A stretch of DNA of 54,907 nucleotides from Candidatus Dormibacteria bacterium (lineage in GTDB: Bacteria; Chloroflexota; Dormibacteria; Aeolococcales; Aeolococcaceae): assembly GCA_050012735.1 (NCBI GenBank), contig JBEKGP010000005.1:1-54907 (forward strand), given 5' to 3'. The position numbers and the translations under genes are program-made. Shown piece by piece: positions 46,105 through 54,907 of the stretch. Each line of letters begins with the position of its first letter. Within the stretch, counting starts at the first letter, position 1. Below the pieces are notes generated by a model. The model made no database searches. It had not been told where the DNA came from and saw nothing but the letters and a program-made list of their open reading frames with translations.

Positions 46105-47379
46105 CCCGGTGCGGCAGATGCCGGCGAAGACCTCCGCGCTTGGCTTGGGCCGGCGCTCGAGGGTGGCTCGGTCGACCGCCACCAGACCAAACTTGGCTCC
46201 GTATCCCTCCAGCCACTCGAAGTTGTCGAAGCCGGTCCAGTGGAGGTAGCCGAGCACATCGACGCCGTCGTCGATCGCCTCGACCACCGCTCGCAGGTGG
46301 TCGACGAGGAACTCGGAGCGGAGCTCGTCATCCTCGTCGGCGACCCCATTCTCGGTGACCATCACCGGCAATCGGAACTCCTCGCTCAGCGAGACCAGGG
46401 CACGGCGCAGGCCCCCGGGGTCGATGCTCCAGCCAAGGCTGTTCCTGGTCAGCGACGGGTCCGGAACGGGGCTCACGAAGAGGCGCGAGGAGGCGCGCCA
46501 GTCGAAACGGACCCGCTCGTCGGCGTAGTAGTTGAGGCCCAGGTAGTCCAGGGAGCCCCGTAGTCCGGGCACCACCTCGCCGCTGCCGGCAGGCGGAAGC
46601 ACCCGGCCGCGCATGCAGCTCCAGAGGAACCAGCGGTTGAAGAGGAGGTCCGGTGCCCACGCCACGGAGCGGGCGGCGAGGGAGCCGGGAACTGGCCGGA
46701 AGGGCCGTTCGTGGTGGGCGATCGAGACCATCGCAGGCCGGCCGCGGGCGGCACCGCTCTGATGGAGGGCGGTCGCCGCGGCGGCGTGCATCCGGAGCAT
46801 CCCGGCGGCGGCCCGCAGGGCGAGCGCCTGCGACCGGCGGTGAGGCGGCCACTGCCCCTCCGCGTAGCCGAGGGCCATCAGGACGTTCGGCTCGTTGAGC
46901 GTCAGCCACCAACGGACCTCCTCGCCGAACGCCTCGGCGCAGGCAGCCGCGTAGCGGGCAAAGAGGCGCGGCGCTTGCGGGTCGAGAAGGCCCCCGCGGT
47001 CCGCCAGCCAGACCGGCAGCGTGAAGTGGTGAAGAGTGACCACGGGTTCCATCCCCAGCTCGCGGCAGGCGGCGACCACGGCGGCGTAGTGGCGGAGCGC
47101 GGCGAGATCGAAATGGCCCGGCTCGGGCTCCACGCGAGCCCACTCCACCGAGAACCTCTGAGCCGTGTGACCCATGCCGGCGAGCAACGCCAGGTCTTCG
47201 CGATAGCGGTGGAAGTGGTCGATGGCGACCGCCGCCGAGTCGCCGCTCTTGACCCGCCCCGGCTCGTCCCGCTCCATGCGCATCCAGTCGTTCCAGAGTC
47301 CGCCCTCAACCTGGTGGGCCGCGCTGGCGGTGCCGATCAGGAAGCCGTCTGGGATGCGCAGCGAACGGCCGGGCACCAC
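46084..47379 (-). CDS. Glycoside hydrolase family 1 (beta-glucosidase)
   Basis: GTASAAHQVEG, RFSVEWAR, TLHHF, TLNEP (acid/base), VTENG (nucleophile), DNFEW..G. Confidence 0.95.
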   Translation of the reverse strand: MVPGRSLRIPDGFLIGTASAAHQVEGGLWNDWMRMERDEPGRVKSGDSAAVAIDHFHRYREDLALLAGMGHTAQRFSVEWARVEPEPGHFDLAALRHYAAVVAACRELGMEPVVTLHHFTLPVWLADRGGLLDPQAPRLFARYAAACAEAFGEEVRWWLTLNEPNVLMALGYAEGQWPPHRRSQALALRAAAGMLRMHAAAATALHQSGAARGRPAMVSIAHHERPFRPVPGSLAARSVAWAPDLLFNRWFLWSCMRGRVLPPAGSGEVVPGLRGSLDYLGLNYYADERVRFDWRASSRLFVSPVPDPSLTRNSLGWSIDPGGLRRALVSLSEEFRLPVMVTENGVADEDDELRSEFLVDHLRAVVEAIDDGVDVLGYLHWTGFDNFEWLEGYGAKFGLVAVDRATLERRPKPSAEVFAGICRTGVIPAPA

Positions 47380-47382
47380 GGC

Positions 47383-47634
47383 TCAGGACGCTGAGGGCGC
47401 CGGACGGCGGAGGACGAGCCGGGTGCGTTCACCCTCCGTCCGCTCCTCGAGGACCTCGCCGCCCACCCTGCGGCTCCAGGCCCGGATGCCGAAGAGATGC
47501 TCGGCGACTCCCGTCACCACCTCCAGGCGCTGGCCCGGTGCCAGATTCCCATAGGCGCGACGCACCCGGCCCATGGCACTGTCGCCGCACTCTTCCTCAG
47601 CGGTGGCGAGATCGAGGTGGGACGTTTCCATCAT
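47383..47634 (-). CDS. TusA/SirA-like sulfur carrier protein (divergent)
   Basis: LDL.....CGD, L.PGQRLEVV, I.AW....G pattern of the TusA fold; next to a sulfurtransferase. Confidence 0.65.
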   Translation of the reverse strand: MMETSHLDLATAEEECGDSAMGRVRRAYGNLAPGQRLEVVTGVAEHLFGIRAWSRRVGGEVLEERTEGERTRLVLRRPAPSAS

Positions 47635-47654
47635 GGGCAGAGTCTACGGCCGCG

Positions 47655-48533
47655 TCAGACTAGGACTGACCCTGCAGCCTCGGCGCCAGGCTTTTCCACC
47701 GGGACACCCACCGCGTTGCCCCACTCGCTCCACGAGCCGTCGTAGTTGGCGACCCGCGGGTAGCCGAGCAGGCAGGTGAGGACGAACCAGGTGTGGGAGG
47801 AGCGCTCGCCGATCCGGCAGTAGGTCACGATGCTCTTGTCGGGGGTCACCCCTCTGCTCTGGTAGAGCTCACGGAGCTGGTCCGCCGGCTTGAAAGTGTC
47901 GTCATCCTGGATCGCCTGCGCCCAGGGGATGTTGACGGCGCCCGGGATGTGACCGCTGCGCTGTGCGCCCTCGTTCTGATACTCGGGCGGCGCGGAGATC
48001 GCCCCGCTGAATTCCGCGGGAGAGCGGACGTCGACCAGACCGTGGTCGGAGCGGCCGAGGATGTCGCGGACCCCGGGAAGGAACTGCCGGAGGCCCGCGA
48101 TCGCCTCCGGAGCCGGGTACGAGGCCGCCGCGAACGCCGGGACGGTCTCGGTGACCGGCCGATCCTCCTCGAACCACTTCCTCCGGCCGCCGTTGAGCAG
48201 CCGGATGTCGGCATGCCCGTGGATCCGGAAGGTCCAGAAGGCGAAGGCGGCGAACCAGTTGCGCATGTCGCCGTACAGAACCAGGGTGGTCTCCGGGGTC
48301 ACCCCGAGGCGCTCCATGAGGTTCACGAACTGGTTCCGGGAGAGGATGTCGCGGCGCACCGTGTCGTTGATGTCCCTCTTCCAGTCCACCAGCGCGGCGC
48401 CCGGGAGGTGCCCGAGCTCGTAGGCGGATGCGGGGTCCCAGTCCACCTCCAGGATGCGGATGGCGGGGTCCTCGAGCCGCGCCGCCAGCCACTCCGTGCT
48501 GACCAGGACCTCGGGGTGGGCGTAATCGGTCAC
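47655..48533 (-). CDS. Tandem-rhodanese sulfurtransferase (CysA/SseA family)
   Basis: YAHPEVLVSTEWL, GHLPGA, LLNGGR, DVRSPAEF.G, GHIPGA, YCRIGERS active site, YDGSWSEWG. Confidence 0.95.
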   Translation of the reverse strand: MTDYAHPEVLVSTEWLAARLEDPAIRILEVDWDPASAYELGHLPGAALVDWKRDINDTVRRDILSRNQFVNLMERLGVTPETTLVLYGDMRNWFAAFAFWTFRIHGHADIRLLNGGRRKWFEEDRPVTETVPAFAAASYPAPEAIAGLRQFLPGVRDILGRSDHGLVDVRSPAEFSGAISAPPEYQNEGAQRSGHIPGAVNIPWAQAIQDDDTFKPADQLRELYQSRGVTPDKSIVTYCRIGERSSHTWFVLTCLLGYPRVANYDGSWSEWGNAVGVPVEKPGAEAAGSVLV

Positions 48534-48696
48534 CGTGGCTCTCCTCAGACTGTGGTCTCCACCAGAATTCCGACGATTCTAATGACGTTTTCGTGAGCGG
48601 GGGTCAGCCGTTCGGGAAGACGCCTCGACGTCGCCCGCGGCGCCCATTGGCGGGGCGGCGGGCCCACGGCCCGGCGACGGCCGAGCAACCGGCTCC

Positions 48697-48788
48697 GCGG
48701 GGGTAGGCGCGCATCGTCTGCGCGCCGAAGGGGGGCGAGAGCCCCCCTGAGGGGCGGCGAGCCCCTGTCAGAAATGGAGGGCCCCCGC
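48697..48788 (+). ncRNA. Miniature lysine-riboswitch-like five-way-junction RNA
   Basis: Five stems P1-P5 can be paired by eye, and the junction words AGGCGCG, CGCCGAAG, CUG, CUGUCA and UGGAGGGC occur in lysine riboswitch order. Confidence 0.6.
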
Positions 48789-48883
48789 CGCCACATGCGC
48801 CGCGGGGAGAAGCCCCCGCGCGGCCTGCGGCGTGGGGAAGAAGCGTAGGATTGCGCGGCCCGCAGCGCTTGGGGAGAAGAGCG

Positions 48884-49132
48884 ATGGAGATGACGTCCGC
48901 GGCGGCGAGTGAGCCGCCCAAAGAGACAGAGGTGAGAGGTACGGTCGATCTGGTCACCGAGCGACCGATCGTCCTTCCCCGTCAGGACGGGCCGCGCGCC
49001 CGCATCGAGGACTTCCTCGGCCGCCGCCCACTGCTGGTGCCCGCGGTGCTGCTCGGAATCGTCGCTCTTCTCCTCCTGCGCCGGGGACCGCGGATCGTCG
49101 TGGTCCGCCCTCAGAGCCAGCGCGACTCGTAG
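48884..49132 (+). CDS. Hypothetical small membrane-anchored protein
   Basis: 82 aa with one hydrophobic helix (PLLVPAVLLGIVALLLLRR); purine-rich SD; TAGGAT at 48846-48851. Confidence 0.62.
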   Translation: MEMTSAAASEPPKETEVRGTVDLVTERPIVLPRQDGPRARIEDFLGRRPLLVPAVLLGIVALLLLRRGPRIVVVRPQSQRDS

Positions 49133-49175
49133 CCCGGCGCCTCGCCGGGCGCGCCAGGCCCCTGCCCGCCCGGGC

Positions 49176-50219
49176 TCAGGCCCCGATGCCGACCGCCGCG
49201 AGCAGGGCTCCGTTCTGCTCGGGCGACCCGATGCTGATTCGGAGCCGGTCGCAATGGTCACCGTCCGGAAAATGGCGGACCAGGATGCGCTGCTGCTTCA
49301 GTTCGATGGCGACACTCGCGGCATCGCCCCGCGGGGGCCTGCCGAGGACGAAGTTGGCCTGTGACGGGATCACGTCCCATCCCGCCCCACGCAGCGCCGC
49401 GACCAGGCGCTCGCGCTCGCTGACCACCATTCCAACGATGCGCGCATGGTGGGCCTGGTCGTCGAGAGCGGCGGCGGCGGCCGCGAGGGCAAGCCGGTCG
49501 ACGGGGTAGGTTTCGATCACGGCAGCGACGTCGGCGATCACATCGGGATGCCCGAGCGCGTAGCCGACACGGAGCCCGGCCAGCCCGTAGCTCTTGGCGA
49601 AGGTGCGCACCACGAGCCAGTTGGGGTGGCCGGCGAGCAACGGGACGCACGACTCGGGGGCAAAATCGCAATACGCCTCGTCGATGACAACGACGGAGTC
49701 GACCCCGACCAGCGCCTCGGCCAGACGGACGGGCGGCGCCCAGCTCCCCGTCGGTGAGTTGGGATTGCAGAGGAGCCGCATCACCCCCGGGATGGTGGCG
49801 AACGCCTCCGGGATCGAGCCTCCGTCGTCCAGAGGAACGGAGACGACTCGGGCTCCACTGAGGCGGGCGAGCACCGAGAGCAGGGAATACGTCGGCCGGG
49901 TGAGCACGACGGCATCACCGGGATCGGCAAACGCCCGGAAGCAGGTCTCCAGGATCTGGTCGGCACCGTTGCCAAGGACCACGGACGAGGGGCTCACCCC
50001 ATGGTGCCGGGCCAGCGCCGAGCGGAGCGGCTCCCCCTGGGGGTGCGGGTAGCGGTGAAGCGCGGCCACCGCCGCCTCGACCGCCGGGCCCACGCGCGGC
50101 GATGGGGGCAGGGGAGATTCGTTGGTGTTGAGCTTGATCCAGTGGGTACCGTCGGGTGGCTGCTCGCCGGGCACGTAACCGGATCCGGAGCCCAGAGACG
50201 CGCGCCGGTATCGGGACAT
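49176..50219 (-). CDS. hisC: Histidinol-phosphate aminotransferase
   Basis: YVPGEQP, KLNTNESP, GNGADQ, NPNSPTG, IDEAY, RTFAKSYGLAGLRVGY, SQANF, RISIG. Confidence 0.92.
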   Translation of the reverse strand: MSRYRRASLGSGSGYVPGEQPPDGTHWIKLNTNESPLPPSPRVGPAVEAAVAALHRYPHPQGEPLRSALARHHGVSPSSVVLGNGADQILETCFRAFADPGDAVVLTRPTYSLLSVLARLSGARVVSVPLDDGGSIPEAFATIPGVMRLLCNPNSPTGSWAPPVRLAEALVGVDSVVVIDEAYCDFAPESCVPLLAGHPNWLVVRTFAKSYGLAGLRVGYALGHPDVIADVAAVIETYPVDRLALAAAAAALDDQAHHARIVGMVVSERERLVAALRGAGWDVIPSQANFVLGRPPRGDAASVAIELKQQRILVRHFPDGDHCDRLRISIGSPEQNGALLAAVGIGA

Positions 50220-50389
50220 GGTCGGAGTATGCGAGAGCCGGGGCTGACGGGGTGCTGAAGAACCCCGCCGCAGCGTGATCGGGACGGGTCCCGGTTTGAA
50301 GCTTCCTGGAGACATCGCCCCGGGCGAGGAGACCGTCGGCCGGGGCAGTGGGGTCGCGCGGGTGGTCCGGCTGCCAGATGGGCTTGCCC

Positions 50390-53300
50390 CTACCCCTCGG
50401 CGAAGCCCCAGTACACGTCGAGGCGTCGCACCTCACCGGTTCGCTCGAAGATGGCGCCACTGGTCGCGAGGTCCAGAGCCAGGCTGGTGATCACTCGACA
50501 GGGGCCTTCGCGAGGAGTGAGCTCGATCCGCGACGGCCCCGCCCGATGGGCGAGAACCGGGACCTGGCACAGGGTGAAAGCCAGCGTCCCGACCTCGAGA
50601 TGCAGGCTGGTCTCCTGGCCGTCGACGTCGATGAAACGGAAGGTCCGGGCCTCCGAGAGGAACTCCGCCCGGGTGGCGAGGTCAGGCTGGAAGATCAACC
50701 GCCCCTCCTCCACCCCAACCCCCATCTCGCCGCGCCTGATGATGAGGTCTTCCTTCACCTGCCCGGTCATCCCCGGCTGCTGCGCCCCGGCGAAACTGGG
50801 CGTGTGGGAGTAGGGATCGATCGGCATGGCACCGTAGACCTCGGGAGGCTTGTGGAGACCAAGTCCAGATTTGATTCCGGTGTACTGCTTCCACAGCCGC
50901 TCAACCAAAGCCTTCTCTTCAGGGTCGTCCGCGACCGAGGCCATCACCTCCTGAACCGACAAGAGCAGCTTGGAGACCATGTGCCAGTAGATGCACCCGA
51001 GACCCTCGTATTTGTAGAAGGCTCCGGAGCGGCCCGTGAACGCCCGATGATGAAAGACGGACTCGTACAAGGCCAGGATCTCCGCGACCTCAGCCTCCGA
51101 CAGGTCACGTTCGGCCAGGGCCCGGGCGAGGAGGTGGCCGTTGTGCAAGTCGGCGCGGAAGTGGACGGCTCCGTTCACGTCCCGTACCAGGATCGGGTCG
51201 TCACCGTCTTCAACCATGCTCGCCACGATTGCCGAGCCCAGCACCGCATCCGGCGCCAGGTTGTTCTTCTCGAGGAACCCGGGGAGCTTGCGGTCGGGGT
51301 AGAGGAGATAGCTGTCCTGATCGGCGCGGTACAGCCTGCTCTCCCGAAGCGCATCGAGGACGTCGGCACACTCCCGCGCGGAGAGGGCGCCAGACCCGAG
51401 CACCGCCGCCTGACCCTCCAGCATCTCGTCGAGACGGCGGATCGCGATCCCGTCCTCGGAGACCTCCATGAGGTTGTAGGCATGGTAGAGGCCGTCGCCA
51501 CGCCGGTTGGCACGAATCGAGTGGTCGATGTGACGCAGGGTAACGTCGCAGAAGGATCCGAGCTCAGCAACGGTCAGGTAAGCTCGTTCACCCGAGAATC
51601 CCCCCGCGTAGATTCGCTGTCGATATTCGTCGCCCGCCGTGCCCAGACCGTCGAGCACGCTCCTGCGCTCGCGGTCGGAGGTCGGGCCGTCAGCGCGCGC
51701 GGGGTGCCGTCCGAGCACGTCGGCAACCTGCCGCAGCGCATCAGCCACCTCCGACGCCACCTCGAACTCCCCGAGATGCGTCGCTCGGAAGAACCTTTCG
51801 CAGAAGGCCACGAGACGGCGCAACTGGCAAAGCGTCACGACCGAGACGCCGTTTCCGACCAGGGCGTTGTTGGCATCGTTCCACTCCGGTCGCTGAGTGT
51901 TCATCCAGATGCCGGCCTCGGGTACGTAGTTGAACAGCCTGGCCAGCATGGAGATGAGCAGCTTCTCCGCAAGGTTCGCGTGGTAGGGCGTCCCATCGGG
52001 TGCGGGAAGCAGCTTGCCGTCAGATCCAAGGCTCGCGGCGCGACTCCGGATCTGCTGATCGAGGCTGACGTCGAAGTCGATGGTCCTGAAGGGGTCGCGA
52101 AGCATGGACGTGTGGGGCTTGATGCGATAGGGGAGGTCTGCGAACGCGAAAACGCGTCGATTCAGCAGTCGCTCGAGCGCTCCGGTGTGATGGCGGGCCG
52201 AGACCTCGAGCAGCCGCAGCAGGTAGACGACTTGATGGTCTCCCCAATACCCGATGTGCGACCACGGGTCGGCGGGATCCACCACCTGCCAATCGAACCC
52301 CACGCGTGCGATGTGGTACGGGTTGTAGCCGTCGGCCGTCGACGCGTCGAGGAACTTGAAGATCATGCTTTCGACATAGCCGGGGAATGACAGGGCCAGC
52401 GCCTCCCAGTTCTGGAAGATGTCGCGCCAATTCCCCTCATAGTTGAGAAGCCGGCCACCGTCCGCCGCCTTCAGCTCGATGGAGAACAGGTTCCAGGGGC
52501 GGCTGGGATCGCCGTGCCGTCGGCTGAAGCTCAGCGGCAGGTACTCATTGACCAAGCGCTCCAGGTCAGGATTCTCGGCCACTCCCGGCAGCTCGAGCAG
52601 GCTGCGGTGCGAGAGCATCTCGGGGAGCCCCTCGAGGAAGGCCGCGCTCCGCGCCGATACCGCCTGGCTCGCTGAACGAAGATACGACCTCAGATCCGAG
52701 CTCGAGATCTCGTATCCAGTGCCTGGTACACCGCCGCGCATGGCGTTGAACAGGGCATTGGAGAAGTGCCGCCAGCTGGCCAGCTCGTCGGCGGTGAGTT
52801 GAAGGCCGTCGACGCCGGCCACGATGCGCATCAGGTTGTGGGTACCGAGCTGGATGTCCCCCTCCAGCCCGGCGCGGAGGTCGGCATTCGACGTGAGGAG
52901 CCGGATGAGCTCGGCGACTGACGTCGCATCCTGCCCCACGTCGGCCACCATGTTCCACCCGCGCTGTTCGTCTTCCGACAGCTCGATCCGCGCGCCGACC
53001 AGGTACGCGCCCCGCCGACCGCGGATGAAGGTCTCGTCCTCGAGCTCATGGCCCTCGCGGAACCGGTCTAGCTGTGCCGAGCAGAGAAGCCGGTGGGCGG
53101 GGTGGATGCCCTCGGACCAGACGGTGGTCGTCCTCAGTGCCTCGTTCGGCTCATTGCGATCCGTGGGGATTGCGCTCAGCCGGAACAGGGCCAGCCCACT
53201 CGAGGGGTCGAGCTCGCTCTCCTTGTAGGCATCCGCGAGAGTGCTGAACTCCATTTGGAACGCACGCGTCAAGCCATCGGGGAGTACGTTCTGGATACCG

Positions 53301-53830
53301 TCCACCACGTCGAGCTCCACGGACCCCGGTGCCACGTTGAGGATGGCCGTTCGCCGGACGAAACCGAAGCGTTCGCTGGTCAGCCAGGCGGCGGTGAAGG
53401 AGAGGCCGAGGTCGTGGTTCACCTCCTCGAACACCACGCGGTTGCCGTACACGCTCTTGGCGACACTGCGGGTGATCTCGTAGAGCCCCGCGTATCGTGG
53501 GGAGAAGGGCTCCCAGAGATGAACCCGGCCCCGCCGCCTGACTCGCAGGATGGTCTTGCCGCCCACCTGGTCTTGACTGTCGTGAATACGGTCGTCGGTC
53601 TGGTAGGGGAAGAGCGCGTGATCAGGGTCGCCACGCCCGGCGGTGAGGGCGCCGTTGCTGGAGAGAAAGATCCAGTGGTTGGAGTCGCTCACCATGCTCA
53701 TCAGGAAGGGAGGCATCGCATCGTGATTGGCGATGCGGTAGAACACCTCGCCACCGACCTCGACCAGACCTCCCACCGGGTCCGCGGTCCGGAACTTGAG
53801 GCGTGAACTGCCGGCATACTGGCGTGTCAT
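50390..53830 (-). CDS. Large glycoside phosphorylase, probably GH149 (beta-1,3-glucan phosphorylase)
   Basis: About 1150 aa; FSRRHGDPSRPWN, GNWRDIFQNWEAL, NTQRPEWNDANNALVG, YEGLG.IYWHMVSKL, QQPGMTGQVKE. Alternative start at 53851. Confidence 0.78.
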   Translation of the reverse strand: MTRQYAGSSRLKFRTADPVGGLVEVGGEVFYRIANHDAMPPFLMSMVSDSNHWIFLSSNGALTAGRGDPDHALFPYQTDDRIHDSQDQVGGKTILRVRRRGRVHLWEPFSPRYAGLYEITRSVAKSVYGNRVVFEEVNHDLGLSFTAAWLTSERFGFVRRTAILNVAPGSVELDVVDGIQNVLPDGLTRAFQMEFSTLADAYKESELDPSSGLALFRLSAIPTDRNEPNEALRTTTVWSEGIHPAHRLLCSAQLDRFREGHELEDETFIRGRRGAYLVGARIELSEDEQRGWNMVADVGQDATSVAELIRLLTSNADLRAGLEGDIQLGTHNLMRIVAGVDGLQLTADELASWRHFSNALFNAMRGGVPGTGYEISSSDLRSYLRSASQAVSARSAAFLEGLPEMLSHRSLLELPGVAENPDLERLVNEYLPLSFSRRHGDPSRPWNLFSIELKAADGGRLLNYEGNWRDIFQNWEALALSFPGYVESMIFKFLDASTADGYNPYHIARVGFDWQVVDPADPWSHIGYWGDHQVVYLLRLLEVSARHHTGALERLLNRRVFAFADLPYRIKPHTSMLRDPFRTIDFDVSLDQQIRSRAASLGSDGKLLPAPDGTPYHANLAEKLLISMLARLFNYVPEAGIWMNTQRPEWNDANNALVGNGVSVVTLCQLRRLVAFCERFFRATHLGEFEVASEVADALRQVADVLGRHPARADGPTSDRERRSVLDGLGTAGDEYRQRIYAGGFSGERAYLTVAELGSFCDVTLRHIDHSIRANRRGDGLYHAYNLMEVSEDGIAIRRLDEMLEGQAAVLGSGALSARECADVLDALRESRLYRADQDSYLLYPDRKLPGFLEKNNLAPDAVLGSAIVASMVEDGDDPILVRDVNGAVHFRADLHNGHLLARALAERDLSEAEVAEILALYESVFHHRAFTGRSGAFYKYEGLGCIYWHMVSKLLLSVQEVMASVADDPEEKALVERLWKQYTGIKSGLGLHKPPEVYGAMPIDPYSHTPSFAGAQQPGMTGQVKEDLIIRRGEMGVGVEEGRLIFQPDLATRAEFLSEARTFRFIDVDGQETSLHLEVGTLAFTLCQVPVLAHRAGPSRIELTPREGPCRVITSLALDLATSGAIFERTGEVRRLDVYWGFAEG

Positions 53831-53850
53831 CGGTCCCCCTCGGTTGGGCA

Positions 53851-54907
53851 TCACTCCCCGACGACCGCTTCGACGTCCACGGTGGCTCCGGCGGGGGCGA
53901 GGGGCATCAGGGTGCCCTCCACCCTGGCGCCGCCGACGATGAGATGGGTGACGCGCCCGGTGGTCCCACCCTGCTTGATGACGGCGATCCGGTAGGTGGC
54001 CCCGCGGAAGCGCCGGGTGGCGCGGAAGCCCGGCCAGTTCGCCGGGATCACCGGATCCACCCGCAAACCCCCGTGCTCGGGCCTGATCCCAAGGATCCAC
54101 TGGGTGATGGCCACGTAATTCCAGGCGGCGGCGCCGGTCAGCCACGAGTTCTTGGCCTCACCGTGGCTGGGGGCGTCGCGGCCGGCGATCATCTGCGCGT
54201 AGACGTAGGGCTCGCAGCGATGGACGTCGCTGATCGCCTCGCGCGCGGAGGGATTGGTCCGCCGGTAGACATCGAAGGCGCCATCCCCGTCACCGGTCAT
54301 CGCCTCGGCGATCATGATCCACGGGTTGGTGTGGCAGAAGATGCCGGCGTTCTCCTTGTACCCGGGCGGATACGAGGAGATCTCTCCCAGCTCGATGCGG
54401 TAGCGGGCGTAGGCGGGTTGCTGCAGCATCACCCCGTGTTCGGTGAGGAGCCGGTCGCGCACGCTGTCGAGGGCCTGACGGGCACGGCCATCCTCGATCC
54501 CGACCCCGGCCATGACGCAGATCCCCTGGGACTCGACGAAGATCTGTCCCTCGTCGCACTCCTTGGACCCGACGGGACTGCCGAAGAAGTCGTAGGCGCG
54601 CCGGAACCAGGCTCCATCCCAGCCATGCTCGGCGATGGTACCGGCCATGGCGGCGGCTCCGGCGAGAAGCCGTGAGCCCTCCTCGACCTCACCGCGCAGG
54701 CTCACGACGGCGGCGAGCTCGCGCGCAGCCATGACGAACTGACCGGCGATGAAGATCGACTCGGCGACCCCTCCGCTCTTGTTCTCGGTGGTCTGGAAAG
54801 GCTCGCCCGGGGTGTCGGAGAAGCAGTTGAGGTTCAGGCAGTCGTTCCAGTCCGCGCGCCCGATGAGCGGGAGGCCGTGGGGGCCGAGCCGGTCCAGGGT
54901 GTAGGCG
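53851..54907 (-). CDS. GH94 cellobiose phosphorylase-like protein, C-terminal part (5' end outside window)
   Basis: [60 protein letters not shown]. Confidence 0.92.
   Translation of the reverse strand, partial: AYTLDRLGPHGLPLIGRADWNDCLNLNCFSDTPGEPFQTTENKSGGVAESIFIAGQFVMAARELAAVVSLRGEVEEGSRLLAGAAAMAGTIAEHGWDGAWFRRAYDFFGSPVGSKECDEGQIFVESQGICVMAGVGIEDGRARQALDSVRDRLLTEHGVMLQQPAYARYRIELGEISSYPPGYKENAGIFCHTNPWIMIAEAMTGDGDGAFDVYRRTNPSAREAISDVHRCEPYVYAQMIAGRDAPSHGEAKNSWLTGAAAWNYVAITQWILGIRPEHGGLRVDPVIPANWPGFRATRRFRGATYRIAVIKQGGTTGRVTHLIVGGARVEGTLMPLAPAGATVDVEAVVGE

Noticed and set aside
48697-48788. Glycine riboswitch interpretation of CGCCGAAG
   Set aside because: Lacks the upstream GGAGA and downstream CUCUCAGG elements; five-stem topology fits the lysine class better.
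48796-48849. 17-codon ORF MRRGEKPPRGLRRGEEA just after the structured RNA
   Set aside because: Too short to support; the nearest GGAGG is 15 nt away and there is no other coding evidence. Worth rechecking if the RNA is confirmed.

Overview
High-GC bacterial chromosome segment. Gene style and content suggest a Chloroflexota/Actinomycetota-related soil lineage such as Ca. Dormibacterota (inference only). In order: fabH (partial) and a fused accD-accA; HAD hydrolase, two Bcp peroxiredoxins, a secreted beta-propeller protein, an SbcD/YhaN-like pair, an ArsA-family ATPase pair, sirB1 and dxs; a YukD-domain gene, a DUF11 lipoprotein and maf; a four-gene degenerate Mrp/Nuo/Hyf-like membrane module; valS, clpX, clpP, tig and tRNA-Leu(TAG); a ~12.5 kb nitrogen cluster (glnA, ferredoxin, glnK-amtB, APC permease, two extra GSI-alpha paralogues, Ser/Thr kinase + PP2C, PucR-family regulator); then GGDEF-EAL, GH1, TusA-like, sulfurtransferase, hisC, and GH149- and GH94-type phosphorylases. 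No CRISPR array or mobile element is supported. Most notable: (1) a 92-nt intergenic RNA with the full five-way-junction core of a lysine riboswitch but no peripheral arms; (2) TTGTG-N7-CACAA boxes at near-identical spacing upstream of three nitrogen promoters, pointing to a PucR-controlled nitrogen regulon linked to GS paralogues and a kinase/phosphatase pair; (3) an antiporter-like membrane module that has lost its charged residues and has no soluble subunits; (4) a small Zn-finger gene with its own palindromic operator inserted into tig-clpP-clpX. All calls are from reading the sequence; no searches were run.
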